Origin: Nitrospinota bacterium
GTDB taxonomy: Bacteria; UBA8248
Direction of reading: 5' to 3'
DNA length: 57,026 nt
Assembly (NCBI GenBank): GCA_046581755.1
Contig: JAYGFR010000364.1
Span: forward strand, 1-57,026
Positions 28,378-38,709 of the stretch are shown here, piece after piece. Position numbers and translations under genes: made by a program. The stretch's first letter is position 1. Each line of letters begins with the position of its first letter. The notes under the pieces were generated by a model. The model saw nothing but the letters and a program-made list of their open reading frames with translations, was not told where the DNA came from and made no database searches.

Positions 28378-29553
28378 ATGATCGCTCCGTTCCAAATGGC
28401 CGCCGGCCCCCGCGTCCGCTTCGGCCGGGGGGAAGCAACCTTTACGGGCGAGGAAGCGAAGGCTCTGGGGATAAAGCGCCCTATGGTTCTGACCGATCCC
28501 GGGGTGGCTGCATCCGGCTCCCTCGATCCCATCATCTCCGGGCTCCAAAATTCCGGCCTGGAATATTTCCTCTACAACGAGGTCGAGGCCGATCCCTCGG
28601 ATGAGAGCATGACCCGGGCGAAGGAGGCCTACGAGGCGAACGGCTGTGACGGACTCATCGCGGCCGGAGGAGGCAGCTCCATCGACACCGCCAAATCCGC
28701 CGGCGTGCTCATCGGAAACGGCGGAATAATTCACGACTATTTCGGCTTCGGGAATGTTCCCAAGCCGCCGCCGCCCATCATCACCGTGCCCACAACAGCA
28801 GGAACGGGGAGCGAGGTCACCTGCAGCGCCATCGTCACCGACACCGCCCGCCGGGTGAAAGCCGTCATGGCCAGCCCGATCATGTTCGCGCGGGTGGCAA
28901 TCGTGGATCCCGGCCTGCTCGCCGGGCTTCCTGGCCCCATCGCGGCCGGAACGCTCATGGACACGCTGACCCACGCCATCGAATCGATGGGCTCCCCCAA
29001 AGCCAACCCCTGGTCTCGCACCCTTTGCCTTCAGGCCATCGCCCACATCGGAAAATATGCTCGGCGGTTCGCCGCTGCCCCCTCCGATCCCGAGTCGGCG
29101 GACCCGATTTCCATTTCATCCACATGGGCCGGGCACTGCTTCACCAATACGGGCCTGGGTATCGTTCACTCCCTGTCCCACCCCGTCGGCTCCTACCATC
29201 ATGTCCATCACGGCACATCGAACGCCATCTTCTTGCCGCCGGTGATGCTCTTCAACCTCCAGGCTGCCCGGGAGGATTACGCACGGATCGCCCCCCTCCT
29301 TCAGCCCCCGGACGAGACCTCCCAAATCGACCCGGCCGACGAGGCAGCCCCCCAGGCGGCCATCCACAGTGTCCGGGCGCTGGTGAAAGACCTCGGTATC
29401 CCCGCCAACCTCCGGGAGGCGGGGGTCCCCGGCGATGCACACTTCGAAATCATGGCCAAGGACGCCGCCGAGAGCCCGCAGGTTGCGACCAATCCCGTCC
29501 ATGCCACCGAAGAGGACATGCGCGCCCTGTTGCACGCGGCGATGGACGGATAA
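28378..29553 (+). CDS. Iron-containing alcohol dehydrogenase
   Basis: GGGSSIDTAK, PTTAGTGSEVT, D-x-LTHAIE, HSLSH and HG metal ligands. RBS GAGGAG. Confidence 0.93.
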   Translation: MIAPFQMAAGPRVRFGRGEATFTGEEAKALGIKRPMVLTDPGVAASGSLDPIISGLQNSGLEYFLYNEVEADPSDESMTRAKEAYEANGCDGLIAAGGGSSIDTAKSAGVLIGNGGIIHDYFGFGNVPKPPPPIITVPTTAGTGSEVTCSAIVTDTARRVKAVMASPIMFARVAIVDPGLLAGLPGPIAAGTLMDTLTHAIESMGSPKANPWSRTLCLQAIAHIGKYARRFAAAPSDPESADPISISSTWAGHCFTNTGLGIVHSLSHPVGSYHHVHHGTSNAIFLPPVMLFNLQAAREDYARIAPLLQPPDETSQIDPADEAAPQAAIHSVRALVKDLGIPANLREAGVPGDAHFEIMAKDAAESPQVATNPVHATEEDMRALLHAAMDG

Positions 29554-29646
29554 GAATAGCGATGCTCGCTCCTCCAGCCGGACTCCGGGGCCGATTCCCA
29601 TGACCGGACCCATTTCTCCCGCCCTTTTCGCAGGAGCCTCGTCAGG

Positions 29647-30165
29647 ATGCCGCTAGGAAACGTCGTAATCTCCCAAGAGGAAATTCGCCGGAGGACGGCG
29701 GCCCTCGCACGCGAGATCGAGACCGCTATCCCCGATGGGGACCTGCACGTCATCATCACCCTCAAGGGCGGCCTGTTTTTCGGCGCCGATCTGATTCGCG
29801 CCCTCCGCCGAGAGGTCCCCCTCGGCTTCATCACCGCCTCGAGCTACGGCGGCGGGACCGAAAGCACCGGAAAAGTTCTCCTCAAAGCCAGCGACGTCGG
29901 AAAAATCACCGGGCGGCACGTCCTGATTGTCGAAGACATCATCGACACCGGAAGGACGCTCGAGGCGGTCGTCGGCGCCATCCGAGAACAGGCCCCCGCC
30001 TCGGTCCGCACAGCCGCTCTCATCGACAAACCCTCGCGCCACAAGGCGCCCATCGATGCCGATTTCATCGGCTTTCCGGTGGAGGATGTCTTCCTGGTCG
30101 GATACGGTCTCGACTACGCCGAAAAGTTTCGGGACCTTCCCGACATCCGCGCCTTCGAACTCTGA
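29647..30165 (+). CDS. hpt: Hypoxanthine phosphoribosyltransferase
   Basis: LKGG, SSYG, VLIVEDIIDTG, FLVGYGLDY and RDLP. Confidence 0.93.
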   Translation: MPLGNVVISQEEIRRRTAALAREIETAIPDGDLHVIITLKGGLFFGADLIRALRREVPLGFITASSYGGGTESTGKVLLKASDVGKITGRHVLIVEDIIDTGRTLEAVVGAIREQAPASVRTAALIDKPSRHKAPIDADFIGFPVEDVFLVGYGLDYAEKFRDLPDIRAFEL

Positions 30166-30418
30166 CTCCGAAGCCCCAGGCGGCCCTCGAAAAAGTCCCG
30201 GGAAACTCCCTCAATTTCCCAAAACCGGGCGGGCGGATTCCAGCCGGGGCAACCTGCGCCCGGCGCGGGAGGAGGTGTTCCGCGAAAAGAACCCTACACG
30301 ATTCGGGACGGAAGAAACCTACAGAATATTCGTGGAAATGCGGGGTGATTCGAGCGAGAAAGAAAAAATCAAAGCGGGAAAAGCACGCCGGCGGCCGGCC
30401 CGGGAGACGGGCCCACCC

Positions 30419-30760
30419 TCATTCCTTCATTCCTTCGCGAATGTTATGGATGGCCGTTTCGAATTCATCCTGCTTGTCTTCGGGCATTTTGAACCATAAG
30501 TCGGCGTTCCATGTAGCCGGGTCGTGTGAGAGATCCTCCTTCACCCAAACCACCGATACGTCGCAAGCAAATACCTTTTCCTCAATCCGGATGGCGCATT
30601 CGCATACGGTGCCCACCGTCGGTTCATCCGGAACGTTGACCATGAACCCGCCCATGCTCCCATCGTTCGGCCGCAGCCAATCATTCGCGAGCTCGGGGGC
30701 CTCGATCAAAACAGGCAGTTCGTGACGGGGAAAACTGCGCTGCTCTGGTCCAGAAGCCAT
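30419..30760 (-). CDS. Stand-alone PilZ domain protein
   Basis: RSFPR (RxxxR) and DGSMGG (DxSxxG) c-di-GMP-binding motifs. 113 aa. Confidence 0.75.
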   Translation of the reverse strand: MASGPEQRSFPRHELPVLIEAPELANDWLRPNDGSMGGFMVNVPDEPTVGTVCECAIRIEEKVFACDVSVVWVKEDLSHDPATWNADLWFKMPEDKQDEFETAIHNIREGMKE

Positions 30761-31035
30761 CCGGCAACTCCCATATACATCGTTTTTGAAATCGGGGAAA
30801 TTCGCGCAATCGATGCTTAGAGCATATACAAATGCCCCTCACTAAATCAACGGAGGTAATCCCCGGCGAGCGGAATCGGGGCAATCGCCGCCAAAACGCG
30901 CTAGCGGCTTGAAACGCCTTGTCTCTACGCTGTCCATTCCAGTGGAACCGGCCTGCATCCCCCTCCCCTGGCACGCCGGGCGGGTTGTCCGTATGATTCG
31001 AAAAAAGCTCCATTCTCCCCTTTCTGAGGAATCCC

Positions 31036-31953
31036 ATGTCCAGCCCCTCCCAAGCCCATATCATCGAAGTCGGAACGCGCGACGGAATCCAGGCGGAAAA
31101 GCAGTTTGTCGAAACGGATCAGAAACTGCGGATGCTCGAACTTATCCTTGCGGCCGGAGTCCGGCGGGTCGAGGTGACCAGTTTCGTGAGGACAAGGCAC
31201 GTTCCTCAGATGGCGGACGCCGAGGCGGTTCTGACGGGCATGGATCGCCCGCCGGGGGTGGAGGTGGAGGCGCTGGTGCCGAACATGCGGGGGATGGAGC
31301 GCGCGCTTGAATGCCGGCTCGACCGCGCTGTTTTATTCGTCGCGGCGAGCGAAGGATTCAACCTCAAAAACCTTCGCGCCGGCTGCGAGAAGATGATCGC
31401 CGCGGCGCGCGAGGCGGCCAAAGAAGCCCTCGGGGCGGGCCTGAAAATTCGCGGGGGAATCGTGACAGCGTTCGGCTGCCCCTACGAGGGCCGCGTCCCC
31501 ATCGAGGCGGTGGAAAGGCTGGCGGGCGAATATGCCGACATGGGCTGCGACGAGGTGGGCCTCGCCGACACGGTGGGCATGACGAATCCTGTAGCGGTCC
31601 GGCAGATGGTGAAGCACATGGGTGCGAAATTCCCCGGCATCCGGTTCACCTTGCACTTTCACAACACGCGCGGCGCCGGGCTGGCCAATGTCTTGGCCGG
31701 ATTCGAGGCGGGGGTGGACACCTTTGACGCCTCGTTCGGCGGAATGGGCGGATGTCCTTTCGCCCCCCGCGCAACGGGTAATATCGCGACCGAGGATACG
31801 GTGAACATGTTTCACGAGATGGGGATCGGGACAGGGATCGATCTTCTCAGGCTTCTCGAAGCGGTCGCCTACGCCGAATCGGTTTTCGACCGCCAGCTTC
31901 CGGGACAACTCCTTCACGCGGGCCTTCCCGACTGGGACATCTCAGCGGCCTGA
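31036..31953 (+). CDS. Hydroxymethylglutaryl-CoA lyase family protein
   Basis: EVGTRDGIQ, FGCPYEG, LADTVG, HFHNTRG and GGCPFAPRATGN motifs. Confidence 0.93.
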   Translation: MSSPSQAHIIEVGTRDGIQAEKQFVETDQKLRMLELILAAGVRRVEVTSFVRTRHVPQMADAEAVLTGMDRPPGVEVEALVPNMRGMERALECRLDRAVLFVAASEGFNLKNLRAGCEKMIAAAREAAKEALGAGLKIRGGIVTAFGCPYEGRVPIEAVERLAGEYADMGCDEVGLADTVGMTNPVAVRQMVKHMGAKFPGIRFTLHFHNTRGAGLANVLAGFEAGVDTFDASFGGMGGCPFAPRATGNIATEDTVNMFHEMGIGTGIDLLRLLEAVAYAESVFDRQLPGQLLHAGLPDWDISAA

Positions 31954-32038
31954 CGGGCCACCATTCAAGAAAATGACTTCGCGATCGGAAATCCGCACTT
32001 CGTGCGAAGGCCGGTGGGGTGCTAGTTTTTTTCGCGAA

Positions 32039-32170
32039 TTACTGAAAGAGAGGCACGATATAGGTCTTGAAAATATAAACCGCTTTTCCAAATGACAATG
32101 CGAGCCAGACCAAAAACAACCCGCCGAAACTGATGAAAATATTTCGGGCCAGCCCCGACCCTTCATTCAT
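32039..32170 (-). CDS. Possible small single-pass membrane protein
   Basis: 43-aa ORF MNEGSGLARNIFISFGGLFLVWLALSFGKAVYIFKTYIVPLFQ in an intergenic gap. No clear RBS. Confidence 0.3.
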   Translation of the reverse strand: MNEGSGLARNIFISFGGLFLVWLALSFGKAVYIFKTYIVPLFQ

Positions 32171-32505
32171 ATGTTTACTAATCGCGGAATCGAGAATGTT
32201 CCAATGGTAATGGGGAACATTGCTCATGAATCGGTCCGAGGACGAGAACAAGCGAAAACGGAACATCGTTAACCACTCCAAGGATATCGATTCCACATTA
32301 TACCATTCCTAGCACAATTTGTCATGCGGATCGCGGCCCAAAACGATTTTTCCCAAATGCGTCCTTTCGATAATAGCTAGGGGTTTTCATTATTGTATTT
32401 TTCCCGCCTCCCGTTTCAGCCTTGACTTTAGGATTCTATTGGCTCAGTGTCGAAAGTGTCTCAAGTATACAAAATTCATCATTCATATATATGGCAGGAA
32501 AACCG

Positions 32506-34050
32506 ATGCCGGGTCCGATCGATGAACTGCGCAAACGCATAGAGGCGGCACAGGCCCATGGCGGCGAAGCCGCTAAAGAAAGGCAGCGTAAACAAGGGAA
32601 GCTGACGGCCCGCGAACGGCTGGATCTTCTTTTGGACCCGGGCTCATTCTCCGAAATCGGAATTTTCGTCGAGACCCGTTCCTCGGATTTCGGCATGAAC
32701 GAAAAACGAATTTCGGGCGACGGCGTCGTCACCGGGAGCGGGACCGTCGGGGGCCAGCTCGTTTTCGTCGTATCACAGGACTTTGGAACGCTGGGCGGCT
32801 CCCTCGGTGAGATGCACGCATCGAAAATCGTCAAGGTGCAAGATCTCGCCCTCAAGGCGGGCTGCCCGATCATCCAGATTCTCGATTCGGGCGGCGCCCG
32901 AATCCAGGAGGGCGTTCTTTCCCTTCATGGCTATGCCCAGATATTCCAACGCAACACCGTTGCCTCGGGCGCCATCCCCCAGATATCGATCATCGCTGGA
33001 CCCTGCGCCGGCGGGGCGGTCTATTCCCCGGCCATTACGGATTTCGTCTTCATGGTCGATGGGCTGAGCAAGATGTTCATCACCGGCCCGGACGTCATTA
33101 AGGCGGTCACGGGAGAAGAGGTCACCTTCGAGGAACTCGGCGGCGCGGCGGTGCACGGCGCCACAAGCGGGAACGCGCATTTTGTCGCCGCCGATGAGCG
33201 CGAATGCTTCGCGAGCGTTCGTAGGCTGCTCTCGTTCCTTCCCGGAAACAATCTGGACGATCCTCCGATGGCCGATTCAAGCGAGTGGCCACCGGAGGAA
33301 AACCCCGCGCTGAACGAAATTGTGCCCGTCGAAGCGACGCGGGGCTACGATGTGCGCGACGTGATCGGGAACGTCTTCGACCACGGGGATTTCATGGAGG
33401 TGCAGGCCGATTACGCGCTCAACATCGTGGTGGGCTTCGCCCGGCTGGGCGGGCGTCCGGTGGGCGTGACGGGCAACCAGCCGGCCCATCTGGCCGGCGT
33501 GCTCGACATCAACAGCTCCGACAAACTGGCGCGGTTCGTCCGATTTTGCGACGCCTACAACTTTCCCATATTCAATTTTGTCGATGTGCCGGGCTACCTT
33601 CCCGGCACCCAGCAGGAATACGGCGGCGTCATTCGCCACGGGGCCAAGGTCCTTTTTGCCTACAGCGAGGCCACCGTGCCCAAAATTGCGCTCATCCTCC
33701 GAAAAAGCTACGGGGGCGCCTATATCGCGATGAGCGGCTTCGGCCTGGGGTATGACCGTGTGCTGGCCTATCCCATGGCCGAGATTGCCGTGATGGGTCC
33801 GGACGGCGCGGCGAACATCATCTTCCGCCGCGAAATCGAGGCGGCCGCCGACCCCGAGGCGCTCAGGGAGGAGAGAATCGCGGAGTTCCGCGAAAAGTTT
33901 GCGACCCCCTACACCGCAGCCGTTCAAGGCCTCGTGGACGCCGTAATCGAACCCGCCCACACCCGGCGGGAGCTCATCCGGGCGCTGGAGATGACAGCCA
34001 ACAAGCGCGAGGCGCGGCCCGAAAAAAAACACGGAAACATTCCACTCTAA
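32506..34050 (+). CDS. mmdA: Acyl-CoA carboxyltransferase; alpha subunit of a methylmalonyl-CoA-decarboxylase-like Na+ pump
   Basis: GKLTARER, DSGGARIQEG, GGAVYSPA, DVPGYLPG and C-terminal KKHGNIPL. Followed by delta, gamma and beta subunit genes. Start at 32491 or 32506. Confidence 0.88.
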   Translation: MPGPIDELRKRIEAAQAHGGEAAKERQRKQGKLTARERLDLLLDPGSFSEIGIFVETRSSDFGMNEKRISGDGVVTGSGTVGGQLVFVVSQDFGTLGGSLGEMHASKIVKVQDLALKAGCPIIQILDSGGARIQEGVLSLHGYAQIFQRNTVASGAIPQISIIAGPCAGGAVYSPAITDFVFMVDGLSKMFITGPDVIKAVTGEEVTFEELGGAAVHGATSGNAHFVAADERECFASVRRLLSFLPGNNLDDPPMADSSEWPPEENPALNEIVPVEATRGYDVRDVIGNVFDHGDFMEVQADYALNIVVGFARLGGRPVGVTGNQPAHLAGVLDINSSDKLARFVRFCDAYNFPIFNFVDVPGYLPGTQQEYGGVIRHGAKVLFAYSEATVPKIALILRKSYGGAYIAMSGFGLGYDRVLAYPMAEIAVMGPDGAANIIFRREIEAAADPEALREERIAEFREKFATPYTAAVQGLVDAVIEPAHTRRELIRALEMTANKREARPEKKHGNIPL

Positions 34051-34083
34051 CGATCCGCCCCCGGCGGGAATGAGGATACCGGC

Positions 34084-34401
34084 TTGGCTCTGCTCGGCAG
34101 CGCAATTGAATTGACGGTCATCGGGATGGTGGTGGTTTTTCTCTCCCTGATTGGACTGATGTACATTATCAAAATTTTAAACCGCCTCTTTTCGGATAAA
34201 CCCGTCCAGGAGGATGCTTCGGCAGCCTCCGGCCCGGCATCGGATATGGACGAGCTTCCCCTCGTCCTGGCCGCGGTGGCGGGATACTTCCTCGAAACGG
34301 AGCGGGCCGAGGTGTTCATCCCCGAAGTGCGGAGGAGCGGCGAATCGGGTTGGGCCCTCCGTGCGCGCGCCGGCAGTGCGTCTCCAAGGAGGCCGCGTTG
34401 A
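34084..34401 (+). CDS. mmdD: OadG/MmdD family membrane anchor subunit
   Basis: Single TM GMVVVFLSLIGL, 'LVLAAVA' helix, C-terminal W-x-x-x-AR motif. Confidence 0.82.
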   Translation: MALLGSAIELTVIGMVVVFLSLIGLMYIIKILNRLFSDKPVQEDASAASGPASDMDELPLVLAAVAGYFLETERAEVFIPEVRRSGESGWALRARAGSASPRRPR

Positions 34402-34808
34402 AGAAATTCAAGATCACGGTTGAAGATAAAACCTACGAAATCGCCGCGGAACGGGATGCGGCGGACCCCTCCCTGATGCGCATTTCCGTTGACGGGAAGG
34501 CCCACACCGTTCGGATCGAGGAGGAAGAGGCGCCGCAGCGGAGTTCCGGGCCGAGGCCCGCCGCCACGCCGCCCCCGCGATCCGGCGGAGGCGGAGGCGG
34601 GAAAATCATCGCCCAGCTCCCGGGAACGGTGCTCTCGGTCGATGTATCCGAGGGAGACTCGGTAAGCGCCGGGGACAAGGTGCTGGTTATCGAGGCGATG
34701 AAGATGGAGAACATCATCACCACCGAGGTGGGGGGGGCTGTGCTGGCCGTCCACGTCAAAGAAGGCGACAAGGTGGAAGCGGGCCAGGAATTGGTGGAGA
34801 TCGCCTGA
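34398..34808 (+). CDS. mmdC: Biotin carboxyl carrier subunit
   Basis: EAMKMEN biotinylation motif with a Pro/Gly linker. TTG 34398 after GGAGG overlaps the upstream TGA. Confidence 0.9.
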   Translation: MKKFKITVEDKTYEIAAERDAADPSLMRISVDGKAHTVRIEEEEAPQRSSGPRPAATPPPRSGGGGGGKIIAQLPGTVLSVDVSEGDSVSAGDKVLVIEAMKMENIITTEVGGAVLAVHVKEGDKVEAGQELVEIA

Positions 34809-35929
34809 TGGATTTGGTGGACGCCTCCCATGTGTTCGTCCGGGCCACCGGGTTCGCCCAACTCGCGCCGGGCGATGTGCTGATGTTCCTGATCTCATGC
34901 ATTCTCTTGTATCTGGCCATCGGAAAGGGCTTCGAGCCTCTCCTGCTCCTTCCCATCGGGTTCGGCCTCCTTCTCTCCAACCTCCCGGGAACGGGAATCT
35001 TTGGCGAAGGGGGCCTGATTTACTACTTCCACTTCGGCATCAAAAAGGGAATTTTTCCCTCGCTCATTTTCATGGGCGTGGGCGCGCTGACCGATTTTGG
35101 CCCCCTGCTCGCCAACCCGAAGACGATTCTCCTGGGTGCGGCCGCCCAGTTCGGAATCTTCGCCACCCTTCTCGGGAGCATCTTCCTGGGCTTCACCCTT
35201 CCCCAGGCCGGAGCGATCGGGATCATCGGCGGGGCGGACGGTCCCACGGCCATTTATACGGCCGCGAAACTCGCCCCTGAACTGCTCGGGCCCATCGCCG
35301 TCGCGGCCTACAGCTACATGGCGCTCGTGCCCATCATCCAGCCGCCCATCATGCGCGCCCTCACGACCCAAGAAGAGCGCATGCGCGTTATGACCCAGCT
35401 CAAGGAAATCAAAAAACCCGTCCGGATCATGTTTCCGATTATCACGACCCTGGTGTCGGGCCTGCTGCTCCCATCGGCGGTCCCCCTCATCGGGATGCTG
35501 ATGCTGGGCAACCTCTTCCGCGAAAGCGGGGTGGTGGCCCGGTTGCAGGACACATCCGAAAACGCGTTGCTCAACATGGTGACCATCTTTCTCGGCGTCG
35601 CGGTGGGCGCATCGATGACGGCGGAGAATTTCTTGAGGTGGGACACCATCGGAATCCTCGTTCTCGGCTTCATCGCCTTCAGCATCGGAACGGCGACGGG
35701 CGTTCTTTTCGGTAAGCTGATGGCGGCCTTCAGCCGGGACCCGATCAACCCGCTCATCGGCGCGGCCGGGGTGAGCGCGCTGCCGATGGCGGCGCGCGTG
35801 GTCCAGCGGGTGGGGGCCGAAGAGAATCCGCAGAATTTTCTTCTCATGCACGCGATGGGGCCGAACGTGGCCGGGGTCATCGGCTCCGCGATCGCCGCGG
35901 GCGTTCTGCTCTCGCTGATCAAACCATAG
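34808..35929 (+). CDS. mmdB: Na+-translocating decarboxylase beta subunit (OadB/MmdB/GcdB)
   Basis: [32 protein letters not shown] and [13 protein letters not shown]. Confidence 0.95.
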   Translation: MDLVDASHVFVRATGFAQLAPGDVLMFLISCILLYLAIGKGFEPLLLLPIGFGLLLSNLPGTGIFGEGGLIYYFHFGIKKGIFPSLIFMGVGALTDFGPLLANPKTILLGAAAQFGIFATLLGSIFLGFTLPQAGAIGIIGGADGPTAIYTAAKLAPELLGPIAVAAYSYMALVPIIQPPIMRALTTQEERMRVMTQLKEIKKPVRIMFPIITTLVSGLLLPSAVPLIGMLMLGNLFRESGVVARLQDTSENALLNMVTIFLGVAVGASMTAENFLRWDTIGILVLGFIAFSIGTATGVLFGKLMAAFSRDPINPLIGAAGVSALPMAARVVQRVGAEENPQNFLLMHAMGPNVAGVIGSAIAAGVLLSLIKP

Positions 35930-35942
35930 GGAGACAGAGGGG

Positions 35943-37133
35943 ATGGCTGGAGCGCTCCAGGGCATCCGGGTGCTCGATCTGACGCGGATCCTTTCCGGGC
36001 CCTACTGCACCATGATGCTTGGGGACATGGGGGCCGACGTCATCAAGGTCGAAAATCCCGAGGGCGGGGACGACACCCGCGGCTGGGGCCCCCCCTTCCT
36101 GAACGGCGTCAGCACCTACTACATCTCCATCAACCGTAACAAGAAAAGTCTCACGCTCAACCTCAAGCACGAAAAGGGAAAGGAAATCCTCGCCGATCTC
36201 ATCCGCCGAAGCGACGTGGTGGCCGAGAATTTTCGGCCGGGAACCCTCGATAAGCTCGGGTTCGCGTGGGAGGAGATCCAGCGCCTCAATCCCCGGGCCA
36301 TCCTCACCTCGGTCTCGGGCTTCGGACACACCGGCCCGCGCGCCAGCGAGCCGGGCTTCGATATCGTCATCCAGGGCGAAGGCGGGCTGATGAGCATCAC
36401 CGGGGAGCCGGACGGCCCGCCCACCAAGGTGGGCGCCTCGGTCGCCGATATCGTGGCGGGGATGCTGGCCGCGCAGGGCACCATCCTGGCCCTCTATCAC
36501 CGGGAAAAGACCGGCAGGGGCCAAAAGGTGGACATCAGCATGCTGGACGGCCAAGTGGCCCTGCTTACCTACCATGCCAACTCCTATTTCGCCACCGGAA
36601 ATATCCCCCCCCGCCGGGGCAACAAACATCCCTCGATCACCCCGTATGAGACCTATACCTGCGCGGACGGCTACCTGAACCTGGGGGTGGGCAACGACAG
36701 CCTGTGGCAGCGCTTCTGCGATTCCATGGAGTTGTCCGAAATCAGGGACGACCCACGCTTCGCCGTCAACACCGACCGGGTGAAAAACCGAGAGGCCCTC
36801 GCCGGTTTGCTGGTTCCATTATTTGCGGACCTGAAGGTCGCCCCCACACTCGCTGCCCTGAAGGAGGCCGGAATCCCCTGCGGGCCGATCAACGACCTCT
36901 CCCAAGTATTTTCGGAACCCCAGGTCATCGCACGGGATATGGTATTGGACATGGATGTCCCCGAAGCCGGTCCCACGAAACTGACCGGCGTGCCCATCAA
37001 ACTCTCCGAAACGCCCGGGGCGGTCGAGATCCCGCCACCCTCGCTTGGCCAGCATACCGAAGAAATACTGGACTCCCTTCTCGGAATCGGCGCATCGGCG
37101 CGCCGCGCCCTCAGGGACGGCGGGGTAATCTGA
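35943..37133 (+). CDS. Family III CoA-transferase (CaiB/BaiF)
   Basis: VLDLTRILSGP, GADVIKVE, GDDTR, NRNKKS, ENFRPG, catalytic Asp in VADIVAG, LGQHT. Confidence 0.95.
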   Translation: MAGALQGIRVLDLTRILSGPYCTMMLGDMGADVIKVENPEGGDDTRGWGPPFLNGVSTYYISINRNKKSLTLNLKHEKGKEILADLIRRSDVVAENFRPGTLDKLGFAWEEIQRLNPRAILTSVSGFGHTGPRASEPGFDIVIQGEGGLMSITGEPDGPPTKVGASVADIVAGMLAAQGTILALYHREKTGRGQKVDISMLDGQVALLTYHANSYFATGNIPPRRGNKHPSITPYETYTCADGYLNLGVGNDSLWQRFCDSMELSEIRDDPRFAVNTDRVKNREALAGLLVPLFADLKVAPTLAALKEAGIPCGPINDLSQVFSEPQVIARDMVLDMDVPEAGPTKLTGVPIKLSETPGAVEIPPPSLGQHTEEILDSLLGIGASARRALRDGGVI

Positions 37134-37141
37134 GGCACATC

Positions 37142-37837
37142 ATGGAAATCCGGAAACTGCACATTGACAGGCCCAAGTCGCTCAGCCGGATGGTCGCCGA
37201 GGAGATCAAGGACGCCATTCTCAAGGGCGTTCTCCGGCCGGGGAACAAACTGGTGGAAACCGAACTCACGCGGTCGCTCGGCGTAAGCCGCACTCCGCTC
37301 AGGGAGGCGTTCCGAGAGTTGGCCGCCGAGGGCTATATCACCGTCATTCCCCACAAGGGCTCCTACGTCAGCACCATCAGCGAGGAAGAGGTTCTCGACC
37401 TGTATTCCATCACGAGCGTCCTCGAGGGACTGGCCACCCGACTGGCCACCCCCACCTTCCAAAAAGGCCCCGAGCGGGAAAATCTCCTCGCCCTCCACGA
37501 AGATCTCAAGGCCAAATGCCGGATAGGGGATGTGGATTCCTACTGGGCCTCGAACCGGAATTTTCATCAATTCATCGCAGAAAATTCCGGGAACGGGCGC
37601 CTCACTTCAATGATCGAAAACCTCCGCCGCCAGATTCTCAAGACGCGCGTGATCACCCTTCGCTATCCGGGGCGGCTGGAAGGATCGATGACCGAACACG
37701 AAGAAATCCTCGAAGCCATTCTCTCGGGCCAGGAGGAAAAGGCCGAAATCCTGATTATCGAGCATATGAAAAAGCAGAGGCAGTTCGTCCTCGGACTCCT
37801 CCGCAACACGGCGGAAAACCCGCAAGAATCCCCGTGA
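37142..37837 (+). CDS. GntR family regulator (FadR/FCD)
   Basis: wHTH with LGVSRTPLREA; FCD domain N-x-x-FH...EH-x-x-I. ATG 37142. Confidence 0.93.
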   Translation: MEIRKLHIDRPKSLSRMVAEEIKDAILKGVLRPGNKLVETELTRSLGVSRTPLREAFRELAAEGYITVIPHKGSYVSTISEEEVLDLYSITSVLEGLATRLATPTFQKGPERENLLALHEDLKAKCRIGDVDSYWASNRNFHQFIAENSGNGRLTSMIENLRRQILKTRVITLRYPGRLEGSMTEHEEILEAILSGQEEKAEILIIEHMKKQRQFVLGLLRNTAENPQESP

Positions 37838-38619
37838 GCCCCGGCGGCAAGGAGACTGCCCGCCGCAACCTGGACGATTTCACCCGCCGGGCGAGTCAGT
37901 TCGACAAGGAAGTTCGGGCCGAAGAGGCCGCGCTGCTCGCCGAGGCCATCAGCGGTTCCGGCTTCGGTCCCGGATGTGTCGCCGTCGATATGGGGGCCGG
38001 CGCAGGCGCCTCGGCGCGGCCCTTTCTGCAGGCGGGCGGACGCGTCGTCGGCGTCGATCTCACCCCAGCCATGGCTCAAAAAGCGGTAAAACGGCTGGCC
38101 GAAGAGGGATTCGGAGGCCGCGCCCTGTTCACCGTTGCTCCGGCCGAGCGGCCGCCCATCCGCGAGGGCGCGGCGGACGCAACCCTTTGCCGGAATGTGT
38201 TTCATCATTTCGAGAATCCACGCGCCGTTCTCGGCGAAATGGCCCGCGCCGTCCGGCCGGGCGGCCATGTTTTCGTCATCGATTATTACGATCCTGAAGA
38301 TGCGGCCCAGCGGAAAATCCTCAACCGGATTGAGTATCTCCGCGTGTCCTCCCATGTGCGCACCCTTTCGCTCGGCGAATTTCGGCAAATTTACGAGGCG
38401 GCCGAGCTCCACCTCTTGGATCCCGTGACGTTGGCCGCTCCGGGCCAATTCGCCGACTGGATGAAGGGCGGGGACGCATCGCCCGAAAACCACGCGGCCA
38501 CCCTCGATGAGATGGAAAACCTGTGTGCCGCGGGCGGCGGCTGGTGGGAGGTCGAAGGCGAGGGCGGCGCCATGATGTTTACGAGAAAGCGGGTGATTTT
38601 GGTGGGGCGGAAGGAGTAA
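37834..38619 (+). CDS. Class I SAM-dependent methyltransferase
   Basis: DMGAGAG motif I, GVDLT-x-x-M, FHHF, RAVRPGG. GTGA overlap with the gntR stop. Confidence 0.88.
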   Translation: MSPGGKETARRNLDDFTRRASQFDKEVRAEEAALLAEAISGSGFGPGCVAVDMGAGAGASARPFLQAGGRVVGVDLTPAMAQKAVKRLAEEGFGGRALFTVAPAERPPIREGAADATLCRNVFHHFENPRAVLGEMARAVRPGGHVFVIDYYDPEDAAQRKILNRIEYLRVSSHVRTLSLGEFRQIYEAAELHLLDPVTLAAPGQFADWMKGGDASPENHAATLDEMENLCAAGGGWWEVEGEGGAMMFTRKRVILVGRKE

Positions 38620-38709
38620 AAGACTTTCCGGCTTATCCTGCGAATTTTCCAGTTATTATTAACGACCCATTTTCCAATCTCTAAATCGCCGGTTTGATTT
38701 CCACGAAAA

